Positions 23,201 through 49,674 of a stretch of 64,000 nucleotides of DNA are shown here, in pieces (positions within the stretch are counted from its first letter, which is position 1; every line of letters starts with the position of its first letter). A program made the translations under genes and the position numbers. This DNA comes from Tubiluchus corallicola. Taxonomy: Eukaryota > Animalia > Priapulida. Below the pieces are notes generated by a model, which was not told where the DNA came from, ran no database searches, and saw only the letters and a list, made by a program, of their open reading frames with translations. The stretch lies in contig JAQGDQ010002372.1 in the NCBI GenBank assembly GCA_030141605.1, positions 558,001 through 622,000 of the forward strand. Direction: 5' to 3'.

Positions 23201-26200
23201 GCCAATCAAAGTTAATCAAGGTCATTCAAATTAAAGTGTTAAGTAACCTTTGCCTACAAACAGAAACATAAGCCATGCAAATAATACTACTACTTCTTAA
23301 AACAGGCTGGTTTAAAAAGAGACCTAATCAAAGCTACTGTAATGTCTGTTGCTCATCAATTAGGGCAGAATTACCTGTTACATAATTTATTATCTTAATT
23401 ATAAAATGAATTGTTTGTGTAAAAGCGTGAGCTGCCACACAAAGATATTCACCTTGTCTGGAACATTTGGCAAACACAGCAGGCTCCTTTTACTGCCTGC
23501 CTGGTATATGCGAATTTCATGTTATTGTTAGTACAACAGTATAACAGTATGTTATATTCTCTCCCATACTATTTCTGCAAAAATGTGAGCTGCCACACAA
23601 AAACATTCGCCTCGTCTTAGGCATCTGGCAAACACAGCAGATTTCATTTACTGCATGGTACATGCGAACTTCATCTATTGTTAGTACAACATTATACTAT
23701 TCGTCCCTCACTTTGCTAAAGCATGTGCAAATAATATGTAATTGCTGAGCAGTGTTAATTGTCGCACATAATTTATACTATTGTTAAAATAAGCTTGTTC
23801 AATTGTTTATTTTAATGTCTTTTTGCAAATTGTGCTAGAGATTTCGCTTTTGTACCTTCTTGCTCTTAAAATTATCAGCAACAGACTTTTATTTTATACT
23901 TTAATTGATACTGATGCCATATTTCTGCATGGCGCTTACTGAACCAAAATATGGCTCCCTGGACCAAAATATGACATAGATGCTCACAGAAATTGTTGAA
24001 AAAAATTACAAAATTAGAATATCTTGTGTGATCGTAAGCTTACCGAATGACGCTGCTACATTAGCTATTAAAATGAGAATTCCTGCGCAAACAAAAAAGT
24101 GCGACGCTGAAGGATATAAACCTGAAAAAACACAGAAAACTACTCAATAAGTAAAACATACATCAAAGTTTAAAATAAAAAGCTCACTACAAAATAAAAA
24201 TGCGGGATAAGGATCCATTATTACTTACCCACCATAAAATAGTCTATAAGCGTAAACAGAAATGGCAACAGGATGAAAAATGGTAGCTGAAAGAACAATG
24301 GTAGTTGAATGATACAATAATTTGAAAGATTACACTATTATATCTCAAAACCACTAAATGCCTAATATGGAGTTTTAGTTTCTCTGTGTGATATTTCATA
24401 TTACTATTTCTTAACGAGATTAAATATTTCCCCATAAGTATGTAATATTTCTTCCTTTTTTCCTAAAACCTTGCAGCATCGAAAACTGATGTTGCAGAAT
24501 TTCAGATTTATAATTAAGTCTGTATTACGTCACACCTTAATTACGTATGCAGCTTTGCAATAATTCTGCATTAAATTAAAAACATTTATCCAGTATCACT
24601 TACTTGCTTTAAATAACTCTTATCACTAATTTCATCAGTGTATATAATATACAGCCCCTACCTCTGCCAGCATTTTGCTGAGGAAATATGTGTCCAACCT
24701 ATAGCAACCATTAAAGTGCTCCCTCAGGAAAATGACACACTCTTCACAAAACACCTGCAAGCAGAAACAACTAAAAGTACATATATTTTAATAACTGGAG
24801 TAAAAACATCGGCCTAGTAATAAAAATTTTCAAGCTACATTATTTACAAAATGAATGTGCGTGATTTCAGCTTAACCCAAACTTCCAAATTCTCTTAAAC
24901 TTTCATGGAAATTATCCTTATGCAAAAATTGCATACAAGAAGTATTTTAGTGATACATCCAGTGATATATATATATATATATATACATCCACCAGGCTGG
25001 GAGTAAAGTAAAGGAAGCCGGTAAATAAATGTTTTTTGTAATACGATCAGAAATTCGAGTGGGATCATTAACCTTAAATATGCCTAAATTGATTTGCAGG
25101 TTCGATTGTGCATGACTGCTCAAGCCAGGTTTGTGAAGACATCAATCGAAGCTTCGATCAAAAAGATTTTCTTTGAAGTGTGATACAAGGCTATACCTAA
25201 CAGCGATGCTCAGCTTCTGCTGAAAAAAGTGTCTTGGGTGGTTTCGTCTACCACACTGATCTTAGCTTTTTACCCCATTGAGCAAGGATGTGTCTGAATG
25301 AAGCCAAGAATTTCTGCCAGTTCAATGTCTCCTTTTAGATAATTATTCTTGATAATGAACCAGATTACGATTCTAACTTCATTAGATAAAGCATTTTACT
25401 GAAGTATTTTAGAGCTTTGCTGTTTTGTGACGTAACAACACCCCGTTCCGTATTACGGATTCAGCAACGGTGATGCTGCAGTTATTGAAGCAGTTCGTGT
25501 AGATGGGATTTTTACAGTTTTCCCTTACGTGAACTACTGAAAATAAGTTCTGCATAGTCATATTTATAATTAGAAGAAACAGGACGCCAGTGATGTTTTG
25601 CACAGCTTCTTGATTCATTTCCTGCTGCAGGTAGACAATTCCAAGTATTATACCAATCACCTACAAAATAAAAATTTGTGAAAACTGAAAAGAGTTGAAA
25701 AAAGCATCAGATGTTTTGCACTAATAAACCTCTCGTATACAATATTTTTCGCATCATATTCACATAGCTTTTAGTTAGTTAAGTCTGATTTCTACTTACC
25801 ATTGTTTGAAAAGTTCTCACTTTTATTGCCATTGGATCTCGAATCACGCTGATTAATGCTCTGTGTGTTAGAGTGATAAACTGCTTTATCCAACTTGCTT
25901 TATACCTAAATGAAACATACGCTAAAATGTTTGGTTAACTGTAATTCGCAGGCGACAGACTTTTAGGCTTGTAATTGCTAAACCACTTACAATAAGAATT
26001 ACGTGTGCTGGTTATAATTGGCTACTTGATTTTCTACATTAAAGTATACGTGAGTCTGAAAAGGAAAAGATGAAAAAATATCTGTGATTGTTTGGCAATA
26101 CTTGATAAGGAAAACCTCAAGTTAAATTAGTGAAATTGAAATTTAAATGACGGCACTCATTCACTTGTGCAGGTACTTATCGCAAATGCGTCACAAAGTA

Positions 26201-29200
26201 CAACCACAATAATCGTGACAACAAAAATGCTAGCAGCAAGGAGTTCAGATGCATTTTGAATTTGGAAGTCTGGTTTTTCAGTTTTTGTATTCTTGTTTCC
26301 AGTGGTATTTTCAACAATTTTTTACGCAAAAAGTAGCTAAAACTAATTTAATAAAAACTCATAAACTGCAATCTTTTGTATTATTACTAAATAATTAAAA
26401 TATAGTTACTGGATTGTATTTAATGAACAGAGGTTACTTACGCAGAACGATGAGCCAGCAATTCACCGAACTGAAAAAATGCATGTATAAATAATTGCAA
26501 TGAAACTGCTGAAAACAGCTGTCTTGGTTAAGCGTTATTTGTAATACATAACAAGATATTACAAAATTGCATTTACTACAAATATCAACAAAGCACACCA
26601 CAAAGCGGAACATCCCCTGACAACAGTATTATTCCGTATTGGTTCCTGTGACTCAGACTTTTAACCCTGGGGCTCCAAAAGCGATAAGGTTCTTCTCCTA
26701 TTGATGGGTGGCCCACATGTGAAAGTCGAATGCATTGCATTAATTTTTTAGACTTAGAATGAGTCCGCAACCTTTTTCAAGTAGTGTATCCTATGACACT
26801 GACTTTTGATCTTAAGGCCTCAAAACCCATAAGATTCTTCCCCTGTTGACAGTCGATGAATACGTAAAATATGAAAGTTTAGGCTATGTGTTCACAAACT
26901 TTTCCAACTGAGACCTTGACCTTTGATAAGGGGCGCACAAAGTCGATAGGGCCGTTTCTCTACTGACAGATGAGCCTATATATTATATGAAAAATGAATG
27001 TCATGTTTGAAAAAAGGTTAGCTTGAAAAGTGTTCACAAGACCAATAACGAAATTACAGACAAACGGGCGGGCGGAAGCATGGACAGCCAAAGGGACAGA
27101 TGCACGAACGGAGGCTTACTATACTGAATAACATATTAACAGATCCAACATTAGTGATTGTTAATAAATGCTACTAAACTGAACAACATATTAAAAGATG
27201 CAATGCCAATTAATATCAGCTGCTTTCTTACGTCAATGAGCTGTTCATTTCGATTATCCTCCATGATAACTTGTTTGACAAGATAACCTTGAGGGGAAAC
27301 TTCAAATGCGTTACATATTCTCTGAAAGTAACAAGTTGGAAAGTAAGAAAAACGAAAAGACAGTTTTAATTAATGAAAATTACAATTAATGAAAGCCGTT
27401 ATTCACCCAACAAATTATTAATAAAAAATGTTTTAACAAAATTCAATTGAAGTTATAAGCTCAAATAATTATAAAATCTTTACTACAGGTAATGCTGCAG
27501 CTGCGTACGTACCTCTACTTTGTCTTTGCATTGGGCCTCCTTTTCTGGGATTACAGCTAAACTGTGCACATAGTAATCAGCAGGATTAAACTTTGGTGGA
27601 CATTTGTAATCCATCGTCTTGAAAAATGTATGAATAGTTTTTCTTGAACCTAAATATGCCACCCTGCCTTCTGCCATTAACAATATCCTGCATTACAATT
27701 TAGAGAATAGTAATTTATTTTTACATATATAGGCCTACATAAAAAACATTGTCAAGCAGTTGTTTCTATGGTCCAAGTAAGTTAGCAGAAGGCAAATTTG
27801 GAATTTTAAGCGAGTAAAACAAAGTCTAAAACCAGCAAAAAACTGTATCCTAAAATTACAAAAAAATACTCAGGAAAAAGCATAAGTAAATGGAAATACA
27901 TAGGCGTTTAAAAATGCTATCAACCGTCATTCAGAACTAGAAATTAGGGAATACGTTAAATATGTCTTAGAAAGCATAAAAGTCATACGAGATTTAAAAG
28001 TTAAAAGTTTAAAATTTAAATAACTAAATACAAATTTTTAATGTTTTCAGGTAAAAACATATTTTAAATTTAAAATGACTCAGCAATAAAAATTGGAAGC
28101 CAAAAGTAACTACGTAGTCACTATTACTGTTAAAATGGTTTATAAAATATATATGTATTTAGATAGTGAAGCATGAAGTCTACATTTTTGCATGTAGAAA
28201 ATGTATACACGGCACTTTTACCTGTCGAACATGGCATACACTTCAGATGAAGGTTGATGTATGGTGCACAGGATAGTTCGCCCTTTACAAGCCATGTCTT
28301 TCAAAACAGATATGATGTTTTGTGCCATAAAGGAGTCCAAACCAGATGTTGGTTCATCGCAAAACATTAATTTTGGATTTGTTAGCATCTAGAAAAAGGC
28401 ATTTATTTCATTATAGTTGCTGAAATAATTATGACAAATGTTTTTTCTCTTTACAGATCATTTGTAAATGCTATGATGCTAATTCAAGACCCATAACATT
28501 GCAGGTATAGTTAGAGCAAACTTATTTTCAAACAATGTAAGACTGATTTTAACAGTCTTTTAATAAAAATTGTTATGACAATGATGGGTAGGTAAAATTT
28601 TCAAACTATTCTACATATAGTAGCTACCATGTCATTATTAACCTTCAGTAATAGCACAGACACAAAAGGTGCCAGCAATATTTTAATAAATACAAACGAG
28701 TCAATGCTTCTTCATTATCAAAGTATAACTTACTAACCTCAGATGCAAATGCAAGACGCTTTCTTTCGCCTCCTGAAATACCTTTTATTCTACCAGGGAC
28801 GCCTATCCATGTGTTCTCGCATTTCTTTAAACCAAGCTGTAATGGCAAATAATTATTTCACATGATTTTGCTTCCTTCTTTCTATTCTTTTCATAATTTT
28901 TTCGATGCCCCCTTTTCCCTTCATTCCTTTTTAAGTCTTTCATTCTTCTGAAAATTTTTTATGCTTTTTCTTTGACTATTTTTTCCTCTTTTATCATCGG
29001 CAGAATTGAGTAATTTAATTATGGCTCGAAAAAATTTAGTATAAATTATTTTAAAATCCTAAAAACGAATACAGGTGTAGCAAATTACCTCCGTGAGAGT
29101 TTCTTCGACTTTCTTCATTCGCTGAGAATACGTGAATTCTTTGTCCATCCTCAATAGAGCCTACAACTCAAAACAGCAGATATTTTAGATGTACAATTTT

Positions 29201-32200
29201 GCACAGCAGCACAGCATAAGACCAGTGATCTAGTGTTTAGCATACATTGTTGTCCTGAACGCTATACTGTATCGCCTGACATTTTTGTATTGCTGTATTG
29301 TATTGCACTGCATTGTTGTTGTGTTACTGAAATGTATTGATTTGTTGTTTTGTTATGTTGATACTGAATTGTTTGCAGTGGTATAGTTTGTTTCATTGTT
29401 TAAAAATAACTTGCGTTGTACAAGGTACACTAAAATGATTAGTACAAGCTACACTGCCACACTTTGTTTTAATCATTTTTGTTATTTATTTTTTAAGAAA
29501 TGTTTGAAAAATGCTTTTGGTACTCTATATAAGACAGTAATATAAGCTAAATTGTAAAAAGAAGTGTAATGAACTAAAAACCTTAATCTGTTTCAAATGT
29601 AGACAAACTCTGTGTGGTGAAGCTTTTGACAGTGCAATTAAAATACCTGAAATCTCAAATGTTCTTTTACTTTTAGGGTACCAATGAACAAATCTTCCTG
29701 CTGAACGTATGCCGAAATGGACCTCATGCCAGGACCAAAACCAATTGGCTGTCCATTAATTTTGACTGTACCCTCAACAGTATACATTTCAGTATTCCTG
29801 TGCGTCAGAATGTTCATAAGTGTACTTTTGCCTGCACCACTAAAACAAACAAACAACAAATGAATCTTGCTTCTGGTTCGTATCCTTACTTGTCAGCCAG
29901 TCGGCTTGTAAAGTAATAATTATTGCAAAACTGATTTAACATGAATTTTGGCTATGATAATTTCGGAAAATAATTACAGCTAAATAAACTCTTTTAAATC
30001 GATCCGAGTGTATAGAATCTATTTTGCCTTCAATTTGACAATATAAATATTTTTGTCAACAATATAATTTTTCTTAATATGACTATGCTTTTATACCTGG
30101 CACCCATAATTGCTAACAGCGTACCGGCTTTTGCGTACCCAGTAACTGCAATAACAAATTTTCACAAAACATATTAATGAAACTTGTAAATTAATGTCGT
30201 TGGAATAAACAAGCGAGCAGGACAACTTTTTACAACAATTTACTAGATGCAGTTGGGATGAGCACTCCTAACAGACTAACGTGAATTACTTAATCTCATT
30301 ATTAACTAAATAAAAGGCCTACACCTCTCGGGAATGCATTTTCCAAAACATTCTCAAATTTAAAATGGCATAAAGTAAAACCAAGCTGCATTAACAGTGC
30401 AGTCTCCTGAGTATAGCATGAAGGTGCTGCTGCCTTATCCTTTGTGCTACGGAACTTATAGTAGAAGCAAGCCCTCAGCTCTAAGCGAGAACTCGAATCA
30501 CTTTACTGCAGCACAAAGCTATGCTAAACTAAATACGAAAATTGGGTGCAGAGTGAAGAAAACGTGTTATTACAAAAATTATTTACAGTTTCTATATGCG
30601 CTCTACTTACACGATCTTAATTTATTCGGGTGGCCAGTGACTACACCTATCAGAAACAATTCAATCTTTTGTAGAAGCAGCCCGTTCTGTGCTAGTTAGT
30701 TTAACGTATATTTCTCAAAATTATTTACTTTTAGAGGAATTTAAATAAACAGATTGTTTAACTTAGATGCACATTGAAATGGCCAACTCAAGTTATTAAA
30801 ATAATGTGACAAAGACTAATGTAATGTCGTGCTAGTAAATAGTCTTTAAATTTTGTTTTAATACCATTTCGGAGAATATGCTTCTTAACTCTTTTTTCTG
30901 TTTGCTTTTCCGGGTCAGATTGTCCAGCTTCTCTATCATGTCGACTTCGTCCACCTTTCAGCGTCGCCCAGACGTTTATATTCTCCCAAGTTATGTTAAC
31001 CTAAGCAATATAATAATTTCATGCCCATAATCGTAAGAAAATTGATAACAAACAGAGTTTACAATAAATTTTGTGTATTTATTTAATAATAAATATTGTT
31101 GGGTTGACTATATATAATCCGATCGATGTTATACTGTAAAATGGAGTGTACTGAATGGATAATATTCAAGCAAAATGGAAAAAAGAAAGTGGTTGCTCAA
31201 TATTATTTTCATTTTGTTTGTAAAACGCTAAAACGTTTATTACGATTGCTGAAAGATAGCCACATAACGTTATGAGCATCGGCGAGCTCTCTGTGCCTCT
31301 TAACATATAAGGAATTTCTAACTTACCGCATCAAGTTCACTAACACTCAATACTTTTTTAATGGGTTCCTTTCTCATCACATTTTTCGACATGCCAGCAA
31401 ACTGAACGCCAGAATGTGAAATCTCTTCGTACATCGGTACATGAACATTACTTCTACTGATGGAATAATCACTAGCAGCATTGTCACATGCAGCATTGTT
31501 GCCGGTATCCATACTGAGCATGCTCTAGCAGAACGTTTTAAATGACGTTCACTTATAATGATTCAAACATTTGCTTAAGGCAAAACGTGTCACTTACAGA
31601 GGCATAAAATATTGTACTTCAAGCTCACACAACGATGGTATATTGTGAAAAGCCACGTTTCACAATGAATTTTAACATGGATTAACAAAAGCGAAACTAT
31701 TTCTTTAAACTTAAACAACTAAAATAAGAATCAAAACAATTAATAAAAAAATCCCAGAATAGTTTTCAATTAATTGTTACGTCTTATTGGTGAGGCACAG
31801 AACTGTATCATCAAAAGTTCACACCACACATCGATTTTACTTAATATCAACTAGTAGCAAACAAACACTGTTTTTTATGCCGCACAACATTCAAGGTGCA
31901 AAAAAGGTGAAAGTCTAAAGGTCAAAACTGCAGGAGCTTTTAAATGGCTATTATATGTGACTGTAACGTAAATTGAGAAAGCATAGCTGTACACACTAAA
32001 AGACTGCCTGGTTGACTTAAATAAATGGAAGTTTTTGCTTAGAGGAAGAACCAATTCTCGAATAAGATTGTGTTTTAATATACACCTAAAAATCTTAATT
32101 AAGACGTAATATAGGCGCATAAAATGCGTTGCTTAAAATTGCGAAAGAAATTTAAGTCATTTATATCTCTCGCCAAACAAACCTCGCTGCGGGAGTATTG

Positions 32201-32335
32201 TAAAAAATTACGTAAGTTGGTGGAAAGCACGAAGGCATGCATACGATGCTTTTGCACTTCACTCAAAAATTCCACTATAGTAGCTGACTAAAGAGTCGCT
32301 TACAGAGCATCCGGAATGCGTTATGCATTATCCAA
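20274..32335. repeat. tandem segmental duplication, right copy (~12.1 kb)
   Basis: Colinear with 7268-20273; junction at TCCAA 20274-20278. Confidence 0.95.
21848..31512 (-). CDS. white: white-like ABCG half-transporter paralog WC, 19 exons, ~683 aa (alternative in-frame ATG at 31521)
   Basis: Exons 31327-31512, 30865-31000, 30097-30145, 29647-29839, 29089-29160, 28738-28836, 28222-28388, 27513-27687, 27232-27321, 26442-26470, 25800-25905, 25529-25660, 24662-24754, 24229-24286, 24044-24121, 23049-23154, 22580-22680 (GC donor), 22309-22388, 21848-21949. Frame and all ABC motifs intact. Confidence 0.92.
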
Positions 32336-32500
32336 ATGCGGAATACCTGCGTATAAAATATCAATGGGACATAGCTGCAGGAAAAAATAACGCATAACGT
32401 AAGTTTGATAAACGGGTGCATTGAAAACAATATAAACCGATTTTATCTATTTTGCATCCGCATAACGCATACGCATTCCGGATGTCTAGTAAACACCACT
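32292..32500. mobile_element. MITE, PIF/Harbinger (Tourist)-like; truncated half copy at ~20229-20273
   Basis: Imperfect terminal inverted repeats (AGAGTCGCTTACAGAGCATCCGGAATGCG ... CGCATTCCGGATGTCTAGTAAACACCACT) flanked by TAA on both sides (32289-32291, 32501-32503). Confidence 0.7.
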
Positions 32501-33707
32501 TAATTATTTGTGTTTAACTGTGTTAAAAATTAGTCGACCGATCCGTTTTTAATAACTTTTAAGTGTTTGCATAGCTTTAATCCACGGGATTATAACTCAA
32601 AATGCGTAAATAATACACAACATTATTACAGGTAAGCGTAGAGTTATGCGAAGCTGCGCAAACTTAACGCATAGAGTTCAGTTTTAGCTTGCTAAAATAA
32701 TTATTCTGTTATTTGTATTAAATAGTAGTAACTGTAACTGCAAAAGAAGTTCGTTCAAGCTCTGGCGAAATAAGTGTTTAGTTTAAATTTTCCGTTTTGT
32801 TTGCTAATTTAAATTTTGCCTCTTCTCATTGCCAAATTTATTTATTGTTTCTAAGTTTAAACTCATTTGAACTTTTGCCTCATTTATTTTTTATTTTGTT
32901 AAGTTGCTGATTATTTTCATTTGTACATACCTTACTTGACAGGTCACTTAATTTTCTTCAGTTTGAATAGGGGTGGTTGACTTGGTGACCCTTGGTCTTT
33001 TCGCCACCCCGTCTTTATTTTAGTTTTTAGCGTTTGTTTATGTTTATTTTGTAACATTCAGAGAAAAATAATCTTTTTTTTTACTTTCTACTTTTACTTT
33101 ATTTCGAAATGACCGCCCCAAGGCCTATAGTCCAACAATTTTATTGTTGAAACTTTCGTACATTTTTCTCAAATGTTAAAATATGCCCAATTTCTCAAGA
33201 GACTTGATTTTTGCTTTTGGGTTAATATTATGTTTTTGGGTTATTCGCATGAAAATAACTCTATAGAGCCGCTCATTTCGCTGTGATGTTGTTCTCGCTT
33301 GTGTAATTCCAAACTCATTCCATACCATTTTTACCTTGTACTGTATTTACTTGTACCAAAAGTGCCTGACAAAACTTCATTAGTACCATATTTACCAGTA
33401 CCAAATTTTCCCGGTACCAAAATTTCATCGTACCAAAATTACCAGGACCAAACTTACTTCTACCGAACTTACTAGTTCCAGTTCTGCCGTTCAGTGTCCA
33501 GAATTAGTGTCGTTGCAACATCTACATTAGTTAAAGTCTGCCATTGAGCACTGGTCAAAGTTTGAAAAGTGTTATACTCCACAAAAAAATCTGACAGCTT
33601 TTCGGCTTGAACCGATAACCTGTTGAACACAACCAACTTCAACAACAATGGCGAAAAGAAAAGGGCTTCAACTGACTAGATGAACTTTTGTGCAATTTAG
33701 CACCTAC

Positions 33708-34635
33708 ATTTACTACTGTGTAAGCGTTGTTCACAGACATGACTATAATTGAAATAAACAAGACAGAAATGATGTTTTGCACGGCTTCCTGGTTTAGTTC
33801 CTGCTGCAGATAGATGACTCCAAGAATTACACCCATCACCTATAAATGCAAAATTGGTGAATTGCGGTGAAAATAAAACGTATATAAGGAAGTACCTAAT
33901 TAGATTGCAATGAAAAAGCAACAGCAGTAGGCAGCTTCACTTGCCAAAAATTAAACAAGCTCAAAAGCTCAAAAATAATTCGTTTTATTATCGAGATATA
34001 CCTGATGCACTTTACGTTAATAATTAATCAACTATGGCATATCGTATACAAGAGCAAAAAGAAATTTATAAACGTAGTAATAGTAAATCATATTCAATAT
34101 GTTACTACAACTAGTGCTTTATAAAAGTGAACACAGAAAAACCTTGTTAAACTAATTCACCGCGTTAATATGCCTACTTCAGCACGTAATAGGTAAAAAC
34201 CTAAACAGCAATGTGGAACAAAACAGAGGGAGCAATATAAATAGTAGCTAACAAATCTAGAAACTCTTGTCTGATATATTCACTAGACAATAGTTTAATA
34301 AACTATTAAACAACATAGATCCGACAAGCGAATAATGAATAGTATGATCAAGATGTGCCAAGAAAAAAGTAATTTGTGCGTATTTTGTTACTCAGTATCA
34401 TTTCATTCAAACAATAAAATATATTTCTATAATGTATTCTTAAAGCATCAAGTTCACTGACACTCACAGCATGTCCAATTGGCTTCCTTTTCTCTACATT
34501 TTTCGGCATTCTCGCAAATTGAATGCCGGAATCTGGAACTTCTTCGTATAAAGGTACGTGCATACTGCTTCCACTAGCTGAATAATCATTAGTGTTCCTT
34601 GGAATTTCACCGACTTCGCGAATGTTGTCACCCAT
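33708..34635 (-). pseudogene. relic white-like paralog psiD (exon 1 and exon 12 only)
   Basis: 34444-34635 is homologous to WB/WC exon 1 (MHVPLYEEVPDSGIQFARM...VSVSELDA), but the donor reads TTAAG instead of GTAAG. 33708-33839 is a 132-nt exon-12 homolog with intact AG/GT. Exons 2-11 and 13-19 are not found. Upstream 34900-35340 resembles WB/WC upstream DNA. Confidence 0.85.
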
Positions 34636-37230
34636 ATATTGACTATTGACTGGTACGTGCTACAACTTCCTGACATCTGGCGGTATTCATAGTGAATATA
34701 CTGTTTGTAAACCGTCTAACATAATAGCATGCTGAAGCCTCAAATTAGAGGGCTACTGCCGAAAGCCAAAACAAGTCTCTTTATGAAACCAGAAAATTAA
34801 TTATATTACCCAAAAAACGTGTAGTTTTCAATCCTCAATAAACCAAATTATGTCAACACGAAATGACACCTAAGTAATTATTAGAGCACTACGCCAGAAC
34901 TAATGCACAAATAACAAAAAAGCTCAAAATAGTTTTTATTAATTGTTCCTTTTATTTGAAGCTACGTTTTCTTGACGGCGCGAAGGTGTTTCATCAAACT
35001 TTACACGACACATTGGCTTTAAAAACACATTTATCTCTAAAACCTCCTTAAACTAGAGTCCACAGATTTTTTTTCCCATTGTACTCAAAGTGCGAAAAGG
35101 TGAAAGTCTAAAAATAAAAGCAAAGTTTTTGAAATAGCTGCTATGTCTAGCCGGCGTAAAACAAACTGAGAAAGTATAGATGCTCCCATCCCGAATTAGG
35201 TAAATTAAACTGTTTTTCTCGTTTAGAATAATTTTATACAAAAATAAAGAAATATTAGTTATAAATTTTAGTTTTATAGACGTTCTAAAAAAGCACATAA
35301 TAGCAAAGTTCTGAAAAAATTTCACTGGATTTAATTTTTTTACTAAGTAGGAACCAAGATCAGAGGACGTTTAGTTCACTGCAAGGCGATTAGGCCTAGA
35401 AAGCAGAATAAAACAAGATATAGTGCAGCACCCACATTTTGGTAACTTTTTAAAAAACTGTGCACTAACGACTGTATAATGACACTACGAAAAGTTCTAC
35501 CTAACGGTGGTAGTTTTCGCGATTTTTCATTTTTGTGACTATTCAACTCACAATTTTATAGAAAAAACAAACTAAGACAGTGGCATCGTCAAGAAAAGTA
35601 ATGGGTAGCTTTTAAATTCTAATGCGAAATTAAAGCTCGTATATAATCCTCTGTACCGACCGGTAACCCTTGACCCGTAACCCGTAAACCAACTTGGCTT
35701 CCCTAATACATCGTAACTGCAGAGAATGTAATATCCGCGAGAGAAGGATAGTAACAAGAGGCAGCAATCTCCAGGTGTATGGATGATTGTATGTGTGTAT
35801 GTGTATAGTAGGCAACAATGTGGATTGCTCAATGTGGATTGCTGAACAAGCTAATATTTTCGACCAGCAGAAGTTAGACTCGAAGGACTTTCTATGAAGA
35901 ATACTCGTAATTATGATACAACGTACCCGCGACTCCGAAATCATAGCGACTGCTTCATATTTTCTTTACGTTTAACCAAAATTTATTCCGCTATTAAGCA
36001 ATAATTTTGAAATTCATAATATAAATAATAATTACCCCAAAATTAATTAAACTCATGGCGCGAAGACAATTTTAAACTAACCTAGCTAATAATTATTCTG
36101 GCTTGAGCAAGCTAACACTTGAAAATATTGAATTGGTTAGTTAACTGTTAGAACTGAATATTATCACATAGGCATGTACAGTTAAGTGCCATGGAACTGA
36201 ACTTGTATTCCAAAGATTCTTGGTGCAAATCTGGGCTCACTTTCTTCTCATCCATCTCCTCATCCATGCTCAATTTGGTTTCAAAAACTAAAATACTGGC
36301 GAGCTTATTTCGTTATTAACTAATAACCTTGAAATTAGATTATATTATTCATAATTACTTGCGATCATGACAACCAAACAATCATAGAATTGCACAGCTA
36401 ATTTCCTTACTTCCTGTAACACTTAAAAAAACAAAAATAATGGGTATTATAATTACTATATGAGCACTTTATTAAACCTTTTTATAAAACAATGTAATTG
36501 TTAATTCATTAAACAAATCTTCAATCAAATTATTAAAGAACTCTCAAATACACTATTCATAACAAGCACAAAAATGACAACAGTGTTGTTCCAACGAAAA
36601 TTAGTTGTCCTTATTCCTTATCTCATTTTATTTTAGTTTTAATTAAGATTTAAATTATTCAGTTAATATTACATAAAATAAAACAGTAAAAAGAAATACA
36701 TTACAATAACAGAAATATGTATACATATATATATATAAGATATATATATGTATATAACAAAGATAAAGCCCTTTGTAAGCGAACAGACCATCCACAGAGT
36801 AACATGGCACCTGCATGGGTGGTTTCGCTTAAACTCGATTCATTTTTCAATTCGACCATTTCTTTGGCCTCCTAAGCATCTAAGTTATGTGCAGTTGACT
36901 ATGCATAAGAAATGAAAAAACAGTCAGAGAAGATTTTTTCATGTGAACTACGAGTGTAGTTTTAGTAGTCAAAATAAAATTATTACGTCTCAGTGTGGAC
37001 GGGAAATTGCGAGGTACAATTATAATTTTTTAAAGCACTTTAGTCTAGCTATACTCGCAAAAAATGTTATAAAACATAGTAAATATTTCCATCACATGTA
37101 TGCCTTAATGTAATCCTTAAAAAGTTTTTTTCAAAAATTTGAACTTTTTAGTTCAAAAATTTATCATTACAAATGTCAAATAAATGTCGCAATGTGTTAT
37201 ATATACAACCCGCAGTGCTTAACCTGCAGT

Positions 37231-48433
<11,203 letters not shown>

Positions 48434-49674
48434 TCCGCATGTGTTTTAAAAATTCTGTACAGAAGCCAGTAACTGTCGATTTAGCATATTTTTAGATATT
48501 TGTTTATTTAAAATTCTTTTATGAATCGTGATTGGCAACACCATCAGATTTATATTTTTCGCCATTGGATCTTGCGCTTTACATAACAATTTATTTTATT
48601 ATAATGCCTTAATAAAGGTGAAAGTAATTAAGCCACACATTATTACAAAACACTTGAAAAAACATTAAACATTTACGTTGTAATTTTTACTTTGATTCAG
48701 ATTCAAATTTCACAAGAACAGTGGCTTCTACAAGATATCTATCTTAGAAGAAAATGTAAGCAAGCAAAATTACCTTGAAGGCTGCTCACAATATAAACGA
48801 CAAAAATATTCTCACGAAATTTCTCGCGTCGAACAGCTATCTCATTTAGCAATCCAGTTTAACTTATTAATAATATTACTCTTTTCATTCGTTGTTCATA
48901 CAGAAATTTGGTTATTGAGAGATCTGTGTATATTTCTTATGATCTTTGGAACCCAGCATTATTTGCATTAATTGCAGAAATGAGATGAGAATTGTTATTT
49001 ACTTTACTATTTAAATTGGTTCGCGCTAAACGGGACGTATTATAAGCTCACGTTATTTAGTCAAGGTATAATATTGCAGCCAAAGGTCAATATAACGAGT
49101 CGGGGCTTTTGATAAACAAGGCAGAAATAGTTTCTCAACTGAGAACGTCTTGTAAATCTTGATGCCTTTAGCCATTTGCCAGTAACACAGGAAAAACTTG
49201 ACCTTCTAATTCCTAGTAAAGTCGCCGGTCGATGTAGTCCCTATTTCTAATTTAGCCATGCACGCAAGTTACACAATTTTATGGTTATTAAGATTTATCT
49301 GAAAGCTTAATGTCTTAGGGATATGTCTCAATTTTAGCTTTGGTATTTTCTGCAGAAAACAACTGCATCACTGGTTAATTTTAAATTTTAAATGAAAGCT
49401 GGAAACCTTGCCGCCACTGTTTTTTTACTTGTAAAACGTTTTTGGACTATATCAACACTAAAATTCAAGTCTAGCACTAGATTACAACTTTTCGTGTTAA
49501 CCAATAATGTGTGACTCGGGTGTATGGATTCATTAAGCTAGAAATATATCAACTGGCGACTCTCTTGGAAGTTATGCGCAACTGTAACTGGTATCGCAGA
49601 GCGGCTTCATCAACTTACACACAAGGAAAACTAGCAGCTTTGTCACATTATTTTGTTGGGATTTCGGCATAAAA

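Noticed and set aside
7268-32335. WB/WC as two haplotypes assembled in tandem
   Set aside because: A discrete microhomology junction truncating a MITE and a copy-specific insertion favour a real duplication, although read depth is needed to exclude the artefact fully.
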